Part shown: positions 20,816-28,403 of the stretch, piece by piece
Layout of the letters: each line of letters opens with the position of its first letter
Numbering within the stretch: the stretch's first letter is position 1
Sequence record: NC_043027.1
Strand: one strand, 5' to 3'
DNA: 32,000 nt
Source of the DNA: Bacillus phage PBS1
The notes under the pieces: generated by a model
The model's database searches: none
What the model saw: only the letters and a program-made list of their open reading frames with translations
What the model was told of the DNA's origin: nothing
Made by a program: the position numbers and the translations under genes

Positions 20816-21196
20816 TTAATTACTCTCAGATCCAAATTTCTTTTTTAGTTCTTCATATCTTTTTCTATCTGCTTCTTCTTTTCTTCTTAGATGATCTTTT
20901 CTAACTTGCTCTTGCTTTCTCTTAACTTCTTTATCATACTCTTCCCAATCTTTTTCAGTAATAATTCCTCTCTTATTAAGTTCATCTCTAACATATTTGT
21001 CATTATATAGACTATATTGTGCTTGTATTTTTGGATATACTCTAATTTCAGTGTCCCCAAATTCATCAGTCTTTTGCTGAATCAAACAAACTCCACCATC
21101 TTTAGTAGCAATAGTAGTATAGTCGGCAAATTGATTTGCTGAAACAAAGCCAATTACTTTTCCTTCTAAATCATTAGTATCATCGATAAAATACAT
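20816..21196 (-). CDS. Hypothetical protein, charged C-terminal helix
   Basis: 126-aa ORF with GGAGG upstream. Confidence 0.6.
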   Translation of the reverse strand: MYFIDDTNDLEGKVIGFVSANQFADYTTIATKDGGVCLIQQKTDEFGDTEIRVYPKIQAQYSLYNDKYVRDELNKRGIITEKDWEEYDKEVKRKQEQVRKDHLRRKEEADRKRYEELKKKFGSESN

Positions 21197-21200
21197 ACTA

Positions 21201-21476
21201 TTACACCTCCTTATTTTTACGTCTATCTAATTTAAAGACATCATTTAGATAAAGGGCAAGCCAGTCTAATTCCAATTCTGTTTTCCCTCTTCCATTTTTA
21301 ATACTTTTACGAATTGCATTATTTACATCTGAAATTCCTTTATTTTTTCTGAATAAATATTTTCCTTCAATAGCTTGTTCTAAATCTTCTTTATTTTTAA
21401 TATTTCCAAAGAAAAATTGACCTGCAAGATCTTTTAAATTATATACTTCTTTCATTATTAGTCTCCTAACATTCAC
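21201..21476 (-). CDS. Small hypothetical protein
   Basis: 91-aa ORF. Confidence 0.5.
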   Translation of the reverse strand: MNVRRLIMKEVYNLKDLAGQFFFGNIKNKEDLEQAIEGKYLFRKNKGISDVNNAIRKSIKNGRGKTELELDWLALYLNDVFKLDRRKNKEV

Positions 21477-21732
21477 TACATTTTTTACATACTCTATAAT
21501 AATAAAATTTGCCTAAATCAGTTCCTACCCAATATTGACAACTATTTCCCTTTTGTATCATCTCATTACAGAATTCACATATAAAATTTTTTCTTGATTC
21601 TCTAACTTGTCTAATTTTCATGAATGGAGGATAGGTGGGGATTCTTCCTAACCTCTCATCATTATTATAAAATTCACTCATTATTCTTGAATAGATTAAT
21701 AAAATTCCAAATATCCCCATAAGAAATATCAT
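21466..21732 (-). CDS. Small zinc-binding protein; exact start uncertain (internal MSEFYNN or MKIRQV likely)
   Basis: CEFCNEMIQKGNSCQY...CKKCSEC cysteine pattern. Confidence 0.5.
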   Translation of the reverse strand: MIFLMGIFGILLIYSRIMSEFYNNDERLGRIPTYPPFMKIRQVRESRKNFICEFCNEMIQKGNSCQYWVGTDLGKFYYYRVCKKCSEC

Positions 21733-22144
21733 TTAATATTTCAAATTCACCAGTCCAATTACCTCTTTCTTTTAAAACAATGGTATCTGGAATATTTAAT
21801 GCTTTAATATTGTTAAGAAGTTTATTTAGAGCCTCAATTTGTTTTGAAGATAATTTTTTCAAAATATACTCTTTCTGTAATTGTGCATATTTTTCACCCT
21901 TTAATTCTTCATAAGTATAATAAAATTCTTGTCGAAACTCTATATCATTAGCATCATTTCGGAACCAAATTTGTTTTTTATTTTCATCTATATCAATAAT
22001 ACCTCTAACGCCTTCATTATAAATAATATTTACTTTTCTATGATAATCGAGTTCAGCCATTGCTTCAGCATTATTCAATATTTTCCAATATAATTCAATA
22101 AACATATTCATTTCTTCATCAGAAATTCTTTCTATTTTACGCAT
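21674..22144 (-). CDS. Hypothetical protein
   Basis: 156-aa ORF overlapping 22137..22637 by a few nt. Confidence 0.6.
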   Translation of the reverse strand: MRKIERISDEEMNMFIELYWKILNNAEAMAELDYHRKVNIIYNEGVRGIIDIDENKKQIWFRNDANDIEFRQEFYYTYEELKGEKYAQLQKEYILKKLSSKQIEALNKLLNNIKALNIPDTIVLKERGNWTGEFEILNDISYGDIWNFINLFKNNE

Positions 22145-22637
22145 TTTTAACCACCTCTTTTTTCATAGTTATATACCAATAATTATATTTATTATCAAAC
22201 TCAATATTTGTATACGGATTATTATTAAAATAAGATACAACCATATGAATTAAATCATTTCCATAATCATTAAAACTCTTATTCTTATCAATGATATATT
22301 TATATACTTTGCGACTTACTTTGTTTTTCTTTCTCCAGAAATCAAATCTAAAGAATTCATCTAAAGATATATCAACATTAGATTCAGATATTGCTAATTC
22401 AACACCTTGTGATGGATATTTTACTAATACATTTTCAATATATGATATTACTTCATTGACTGCAAGCTTATAATACTTGTGTTTATTTTTATTATATCTT
22501 TTTCTTTCAAAAGCCTGAAACTTCTTATAGAAGAAGTTACAAGGCTTTTCAATGAGAAATAAAAGTATACTATAGTACAACTTTTTATATTTTTTCTTTC
22601 TTTTTTCTTTATTGATTCTTTTTGGTATGTGACTCAA
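22137..22637 (-). CDS. Hypothetical basic protein
   Basis: 166-aa ORF. Confidence 0.6.
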   Translation of the reverse strand: MSHIPKRINKEKRKKKYKKLYYSILLFLIEKPCNFFYKKFQAFERKRYNKNKHKYYKLAVNEVISYIENVLVKYPSQGVELAISESNVDISLDEFFRFDFWRKKNKVSRKVYKYIIDKNKSFNDYGNDLIHMVVSYFNNNPYTNIEFDNKYNYWYITMKKEVVKNA

Positions 22638-22649
22638 TTAAATTCCCCC

Positions 22650-25385
22650 CTAGTACTTATAAATAATTCCTTTATTTTGCATGAACTCTTCATTATCTGT
22701 ATCTATATTATGACCATTTAATAAAATTAGATCAACTGGACTAGAATCAAATTCATTATTATGGCTGATCACAAATACTTGCTCGATACCTAATTCTTGA
22801 ATTTGAGACTCAAGCAATGATGTATATAGTCTTCTATTTCTTGCAGATAACGTACTATCAACCTCATCTAAATAAAGAATATTATACTTAGTTGATTCCA
22901 TCATTCTTTCTATCATTCCTAGTGATAGAGAGATAATTGTTAATGATGTTTCCCCTTGAGAAGCTTCTTTAATATCTTCTAGAGAAGTACCATCAGATTT
23001 AAAAACATTGATAAAGAAATCAGATGCACTTATATCAAATTTAATCTTAAATTGATCACCATATGCAATATCTAATAAGTTATTAGCTCTCATTGCTATA
23101 TCTTTAAGATAGTTATCGATAAAGAATAATGGAATTCCTTTCTTTGGATCAAGTGCTTCTTTAATAATTTTATAATTATTATAATTTTCCTCAATTTCTT
23201 TTAATCTTTCAGTGCAATCATCAATAATGATTAAGTCTCTTTGAACTTCTTTTAATTTAATTTCTAACGGTTCAAGTTCAGATCTTTTGCTTCTTAATAG
23301 AAGAAGATTATCATTAATGATTTTCTCATTTGCTTTAATAGAATTATAGATGTTTAGTTTCTTTTGGTAATCTGCTTCTTTTTTATTTAATTCATTAGTA
23401 TTATTCTCAATAATACTTTTTTGATTTTTAATAGTTTCTAAAATTGCTAATTTTGTTTTATTATTTTTAATTTTCTTGTCTGTTGATTTTTTACTAGAAA
23501 TTAGAGTATCAATTTCACTCTTACACTGAAGATACTTTTCCTTAATTTCCAATAATTCCTTTTTAGCCTGTTCAACAATTTCATTTTGCTTTTGTGCTGT
23601 TTTAAGATGAGATAATAAATTTTCTTTTTTATCTTTTTCAATTATAATATCCACTTTTACACTAGCTATTTCAATAATATCCTTAATTGAAAACTTTTCT
23701 TGGATGTCGCTAATGCTACTTTTTAGAATATCAATTACATTTTCCTCTGTTATAGCATTATCATAAATTAATGAAATTACTTCTTTATTAGAATTAATTT
23801 TCTTATTCAATCTCATAATATCTTGAGCATAGTTCCATCTATTTCTTAATTCTTCAAGATTTTTCTGATCTTCAATAATACTATTTTCAATATCTATTAA
23901 TTCGCTAAGTAAGGGTTCTAACCTAGAATAATCATTATTTCTATAATCTAAAGCTTTAACAATAAAAGGACATGTATCAATTATACAATTACTTGGTCTT
24001 TTCTCAAGTGTTTCAAGTAAATAAGAATTTGACTCAATCTTATTAGTCTCTTTTTCAATAGTATTTTTTCTATTTAGATCAACTTGTAATTTTTCATCAA
24101 GTCTCTTAATCTCATTAGGTATAGTAATTATTTCAGAAACATTAAATGATTCAATGATATGGCTAGTATGATCAGACTTAATTGATTCAATTGTTTCAAC
24201 AATTCCATCTAAGATATATTGATATTGTGTTGCCATTTGAACCGTTATATCTAGATCTGAATAAGGACTATTTAAAATTTTCTTTTCATACTGTTCAATT
24301 AATGAATCTTTATTCTTTATTTGTTCCTCTATATAGTCAGTATCAGCTTTATTTTCAATAATACTATTTTTAGAAGTGATTTCGTTTCCTAGACGAACAA
24401 TATCTTTTTCAAGATTATCAATCTGACTATTGATTAAATTTAATTCTCCATTTAGCTCAACTTCTAACTTATTACATTCCATAATTGAATTATTAATTCT
24501 ATCAATCTCATAATTTTTAAGGTTTGGATATTTGTCATAATAAGTATCCAAAATCTTTTCACCTTTTATAATTTCTACTTGCATCTGTTTAATAGTATTG
24601 CTTAGATGGTTAATATAATGATCATAATCATCAAAGCCCTCAGTATCTAGACTTACTTTTAATTCGTCTATCTTTCCCTCAGTTCGGTTAATATTCTTAT
24701 CAATATTCTCAATCTCTTTATTTAATTCATTAATTCTTTTGGTCAATGTTTCATTTAATTTTTCCAAGTTATCCTTGGAATCTAATTTTTCTAATTGACT
24801 TCTAATGCTTTTAATAGTACTTGTAACATTCTTAAATTTTTCATTGACTATCTCAAATGCTTCTAAATAATCATCAATATCTGGAAGAAAATTGTTTATA
24901 TATTTCTTCCTATCAGCAGTTTTTAAATCTACAAATGTAGTTACATTACTCCCAAGTCTTGCTACTCTAAAATAATCCCTTGTTAGATTAAATTCTTCTT
25001 GAAGAATTTTTTCAAATGTTCTAATACCGCCATTTTCATTCAGTTCTTCACCATTCTTTGAAATAAATGATTTATTACCACTACTATTAAATTTACCATC
25101 TACCACTTTTGCATAGTAATGTCTAATAATGTAGCTATTTTTTTCACTAGAGAGATGAATTTCTTTTTCACCTTTCTTGCCATCAAGAATGATAGATTTT
25201 CTCTCATCATTAGTATCTCTATAAGGAGTTAATAAACTTAAAATAGTCGTTTTACCAGAACCATTATCACCGATTAAAGCAATAATTTTATTAGTAGATT
25301 TTGAGAAATCAAGCTCTAGTTCTGTTTTACCTAATCCAGCATAAATTCCAGCAAAGTTAACAAATCTTGCATAAGTGATTTTCAT
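22650..25385 (-). CDS. SbcC/Rad50-like ATPase (T4 gp46-like recombination nuclease subunit)
   Basis: IALIGDNGSGKTTILSLLTPYR (Walker A), long coiled coil, IKEASQGETSLTIISLSLGMIERMM (signature), ILYLDEVDSTL (Walker B). Confidence 0.9.
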   Translation of the reverse strand: MKITYARFVNFAGIYAGLGKTELELDFSKSTNKIIALIGDNGSGKTTILSLLTPYRDTNDERKSIILDGKKGEKEIHLSSEKNSYIIRHYYAKVVDGKFNSSGNKSFISKNGEELNENGGIRTFEKILQEEFNLTRDYFRVARLGSNVTTFVDLKTADRKKYINNFLPDIDDYLEAFEIVNEKFKNVTSTIKSIRSQLEKLDSKDNLEKLNETLTKRINELNKEIENIDKNINRTEGKIDELKVSLDTEGFDDYDHYINHLSNTIKQMQVEIIKGEKILDTYYDKYPNLKNYEIDRINNSIMECNKLEVELNGELNLINSQIDNLEKDIVRLGNEITSKNSIIENKADTDYIEEQIKNKDSLIEQYEKKILNSPYSDLDITVQMATQYQYILDGIVETIESIKSDHTSHIIESFNVSEIITIPNEIKRLDEKLQVDLNRKNTIEKETNKIESNSYLLETLEKRPSNCIIDTCPFIVKALDYRNNDYSRLEPLLSELIDIENSIIEDQKNLEELRNRWNYAQDIMRLNKKINSNKEVISLIYDNAITEENVIDILKSSISDIQEKFSIKDIIEIASVKVDIIIEKDKKENLLSHLKTAQKQNEIVEQAKKELLEIKEKYLQCKSEIDTLISSKKSTDKKIKNNKTKLAILETIKNQKSIIENNTNELNKKEADYQKKLNIYNSIKANEKIINDNLLLLRSKRSELEPLEIKLKEVQRDLIIIDDCTERLKEIEENYNNYKIIKEALDPKKGIPLFFIDNYLKDIAMRANNLLDIAYGDQFKIKFDISASDFFINVFKSDGTSLEDIKEASQGETSLTIISLSLGMIERMMESTKYNILYLDEVDSTLSARNRRLYTSLLESQIQELGIEQVFVISHNNEFDSSPVDLILLNGHNIDTDNEEFMQNKGIIYKY

Positions 25386-25408
25386 TCTCTCAACTCTCCC
25401 ATATGTCT

Positions 25409-25840
25409 CTATTTAAGCTCTTCTCTAACTTTCATGAGAATCTTACCTAATTTATTTTGTCCTTTCCCATTGCATACTCCCCAAGTTGTATCATTCCATG
25501 TATTTCCTTCAATTAATTCAAGATTTCCTGTAGCAATTAATTTTCTTTTGAGTCCTTCATTTTGTGAGAATTTAGCATAAACAATTCTATACATAATATC
25601 CTCTTTAATATTCTCCCAATCTGGTCTTAGACGAACACTACGACCTTTTCTTTTGGCTAGATTTGGAGGAAGAATTGTAAATTGTTTACGAATAAAGCTT
25701 GAAGTAACCTTCATAGCTTGAAAGGCGGCTTCGTTATTATTAAACTCTAAGTCAGCAAATTTTACTTTTGCAGGATAAAAATTACTTAAAAAATAATATT
25801 TACCTGAAAAACTATCAATCTTATTCATCAACATCCCCAC
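25409..25840 (-). CDS. NADAR/YbiA-like (DUF1768) family protein
   Basis: YYFLSNFYPAKVKFADLEFNNNEAAFQAMK ... RLRPDWENIKEDIMYRIVYAKFSQNEGLKRKLIATGNLELIEGNTWNDTTWGV. Confidence 0.8.
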   Translation of the reverse strand: MGMLMNKIDSFSGKYYFLSNFYPAKVKFADLEFNNNEAAFQAMKVTSSFIRKQFTILPPNLAKRKGRSVRLRPDWENIKEDIMYRIVYAKFSQNEGLKRKLIATGNLELIEGNTWNDTTWGVCNGKGQNKLGKILMKVREELK

Positions 25841-25906
25841 CTTAGTTTAATATTCTTCATTTTCATGTTTTTAAATAATTTTTTTAGTTACAAGAATATA
25901 AATTAT

Positions 25907-26050
25907 TTAGTATATATCTGCTTGATTATATTCTTCAAAATTATCACATTCTTCACATTGTATTACAAGTAATGAACCAAATTCATCATCGTCTACTATA
26001 AAACTAATATTGTTTGATCCACATTCATCGCATCTAATAGTAAAACTCAT
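25907..26050 (-). CDS. Small zinc-ribbon-like protein (47 aa) missing from the ORF track
   Basis: MSFTIRCDECGSNNISFIVDDDEFGSLLVIQCEECDNFEEYNQADIY; two CxxC pairs; GAGTGGTTTAA upstream. Confidence 0.6.
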   Translation of the reverse strand: MSFTIRCDECGSNNISFIVDDDEFGSLLVIQCEECDNFEEYNQADIY

Positions 26051-26198
26051 TTAAATCACTCCATTTTTTCTTTTATTTTATTAACTTATTTATAATATAT
26101 TCTTTAATCTTTTTTTATTTTTAGAGAATTAATTACAATAAAACATAATTATAATAAAATAAACCCCTCAATAAAAGCAGAACAATATTATTTAATTA

Positions 26199-26231
26199 AA
26201 CCAAGGATATCATTATTTGATATCCTTGGTT
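26199..26231 (-). terminator. Terminator downstream of 26235..26921
   Basis: AACCAAGGATATCA ... TGATATCCTTGGTT flanked by T-rich sequence. Confidence 0.8.
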
Positions 26232-26234
26232 ATT

Positions 26235-26921
26235 TTATTCTTCATCTTCAGTAAATTCTACTACATCATAAATTTTTCCATTTTCATCTTTTGCAATGTA
26301 TTCCCCATTTTCTTCTGTAATCTCTATTTGCAGATCTGGTATTTCAGCATCTTCTATAATATTATAGTCGCCATCCAGACAATAGATATTTTTCTCCATA
26401 TCTACTACATATTGATAGTCATTTATTTTTTCCTCTATTACTGTCTCTTCCTTTTCAGAATTGCTTTCATTTTGTTCTTCTTTCAATCTTGCTTCTAATA
26501 ATGCATCTACTTCTTCATCATTTTTCTGTGATCCAGAAATATCTTCAGATTCTTGTTTATTTATAATTTCACTAAATTTTTTATCTTTTTTATTATTAAG
26601 AATATAATCATGAACACCAGCAACAATTTCTCTAATATCAGAGTTATCGCCACCCTCTTGATTTCTTTGATTTTTAAGTGCAATATCAGCTTCAGTTTTC
26701 TTAGCATTTACGATTTGCTGAATAATAGATATCTTACCAGTTTTAAGTGAAATTAAATTAGAGGTTTGTTTTTCTATAAATGTAAGAGTTCCATTACTGC
26801 CACTATTTTTAACTTTATCATAATGCTCTTTTGTTTCATCATATAATTCATCGATTTTTTCTAATTCATTCTGGAGAATACTTAATTCTTTAGAAATATC
26901 GATATTAATATTATCAGCCAT
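26235..26921 (-). CDS. Acidic hypothetical protein with N-terminal coiled coil
   Basis: 228-aa ORF, RBS GGAG upstream. Confidence 0.65.
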   Translation of the reverse strand: MADNINIDISKELSILQNELEKIDELYDETKEHYDKVKNSGSNGTLTFIEKQTSNLISLKTGKISIIQQIVNAKKTEADIALKNQRNQEGGDNSDIREIVAGVHDYILNNKKDKKFSEIINKQESEDISGSQKNDEEVDALLEARLKEEQNESNSEKEETVIEEKINDYQYVVDMEKNIYCLDGDYNIIEDAEIPDLQIEITEENGEYIAKDENGKIYDVVEFTEDEE

Positions 26922-27204
26922 TTTCTATCACTCCTATAATATTTAATACTAATATAATGTTCCGTATCAAAAAGATTTTCAAGTATATATTATTACTGTA
27001 ACAATAAGAAACACAAAAACTAGTAATAAATAAGGTAATAAAAGAATGGTTGGAAAGACAAAAATATTCATCAGGCTACATACCACGAAAAGTGTATTGA
27101 ACGAATGACAATACCCACCTAGTGATTATAGCAAGATCTTTCACCATTCTCCGTATCCTTATAAAGAGAAAAAGGATTTTTTAAAATGGAGAGGAGAATA
27201 CGCT

Positions 27205-27285
27205 ATGACAAACACAGTTGAGAAAAATGATTGTCTGGGAAAATTCCCTATTGATGCAGTAAGAATTAGAAGTTCTATTATTTAA
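27205..27285 (+). CDS. Possible 26-aa micropeptide MTNTVEKNDCLGKFPIDAVRIRSSII
   Basis: ATG preceded by GGAGAGGAG at good spacing; ends just upstream of a strong terminator; below ORF-track cutoff. Confidence 0.4.
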   Translation: MTNTVEKNDCLGKFPIDAVRIRSSII

Positions 27286-27307
27286 ACATATACGACGACT
27301 ACTTTTA

Positions 27308-27345
27308 CTATGGGTGGGGGCAACCCCACCCATAGGGCTTTTTTT
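27308..27345 (+). terminator. Strong GC-rich rho-independent terminator
   Basis: CTATGGGTGGGG-gcaa-CCCCACCCATAG then GGCTTTTTTT. Confidence 0.9.
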
Positions 27346-27394
27346 GGTCAATGTATAAAGATTTCGTCAAAATACTTAATGGGGAGGTTTTTGA

Positions 27395-28168
27395 TTGAAT
27401 TGGTTTAAAAGAATGTTTATGGCAAAGGAGAAGGATAAGGAAATTGATTCACTAAGAAGGATGGTTGAACAGAGTAATGAAACTATTAAACTCATGGATG
27501 GTGTCATAAAAAGATTAGAGGATAATATGACTAAATCCAGACAAGAATCAGCAGCAACTCTTCAGGAAGAAAAAGAATATCAAGATCAAATGAAATTGGA
27601 ATCAGAAAGGATGCGGGAATATGAATATATTCAAAATGCTCAAAAAGTTGTTTCTACTTATTTAACTAAATATCTAGATCGTTTTAATCTAATTGAAAAT
27701 CGTTTTTCACTTGCTCATAATATAGATCTTCTTTCTAATTCTGATGACTTAATGTTTAAAATTGTACAAATGATTAAATTGTCTAAGACCAGTGTTGAAT
27801 TTGCTACTGTTTGGAACAATCATGTTATAAGAATTAGTATTGATAATGATGAAGATGATGTATATTATAGTATTAATGGTGGAAAAAATCTAAGTTCCGA
27901 CATTGTAGGAACCAAATTTCTTACTAAATTTAAGAAGGATATCCAATTAGATATATTGAATTTTCCATGTGTTCAGACAAATAAGATTTATGAAGTAACT
28001 GGTAAGAAGTACAAGTATGTCTTAGCTAACTCAAGAAGAGAATGTTATTATATACTTAAAGATAAAGAGATGAAAACAAAAATAAAAGAAGTTAGTTTTG
28101 TTGAACCAAGTGCATATACACGTTCTATTAGATCTAGACTAGTATATGTAGTACCTCATCAAACTTAA
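27395..28168 (+). CDS. Hypothetical protein with N-terminal coiled coil; start uncertain
   Basis: 257-aa ORF bounded by two terminators; MAKEKDKEIDSLRRMVEQ internal start possible. Confidence 0.65.
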   Translation: MNWFKRMFMAKEKDKEIDSLRRMVEQSNETIKLMDGVIKRLEDNMTKSRQESAATLQEEKEYQDQMKLESERMREYEYIQNAQKVVSTYLTKYLDRFNLIENRFSLAHNIDLLSNSDDLMFKIVQMIKLSKTSVEFATVWNNHVIRISIDNDEDDVYYSINGGKNLSSDIVGTKFLTKFKKDIQLDILNFPCVQTNKIYEVTGKKYKYVLANSRRECYYILKDKEMKTKIKEVSFVEPSAYTRSIRSRLVYVVPHQT

Positions 28169-28174
28169 TGCTAT

Positions 28175-28205
28175 AAGAGTAAAGTCTATAAAAGACTTTA
28201 CTCTT
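28175..28205 (+). terminator. Terminator
   Basis: AAGAGTAAAGTCT ... AGACTTTACTCTT then T run. Confidence 0.85.
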
Positions 28206-28212
28206 TTTTTTG

Positions 28213-28392
28213 TTAATAACGTTTGATATCTAATAATAAGTATTGATTATTTTTATAAAGAAAATTTGAATACTGTTTTACTTTAAAACCAAATCTTTGT
28301 AATAGCCAGCAAGGGAAAGAAATAATAAACATTAACAAAATTAGTATAATTAACAATAGTCCTTCCAATAAATTTATCTTAAAACCCCACAT
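28213..28392 (-). CDS. Small membrane protein (59 aa), not in ORF track
   Basis: AAGGAGGATTTCTATG; MWGFKINLLEGLLLIILILLMFIISFPCWLLQRFGFK... Confidence 0.55.
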   Translation of the reverse strand: MWGFKINLLEGLLLIILILLMFIISFPCWLLQRFGFKVKQYSNFLYKNNQYLLLDIKRY

Positions 28393-28403
28393 AGAAATCC
28401 TCC

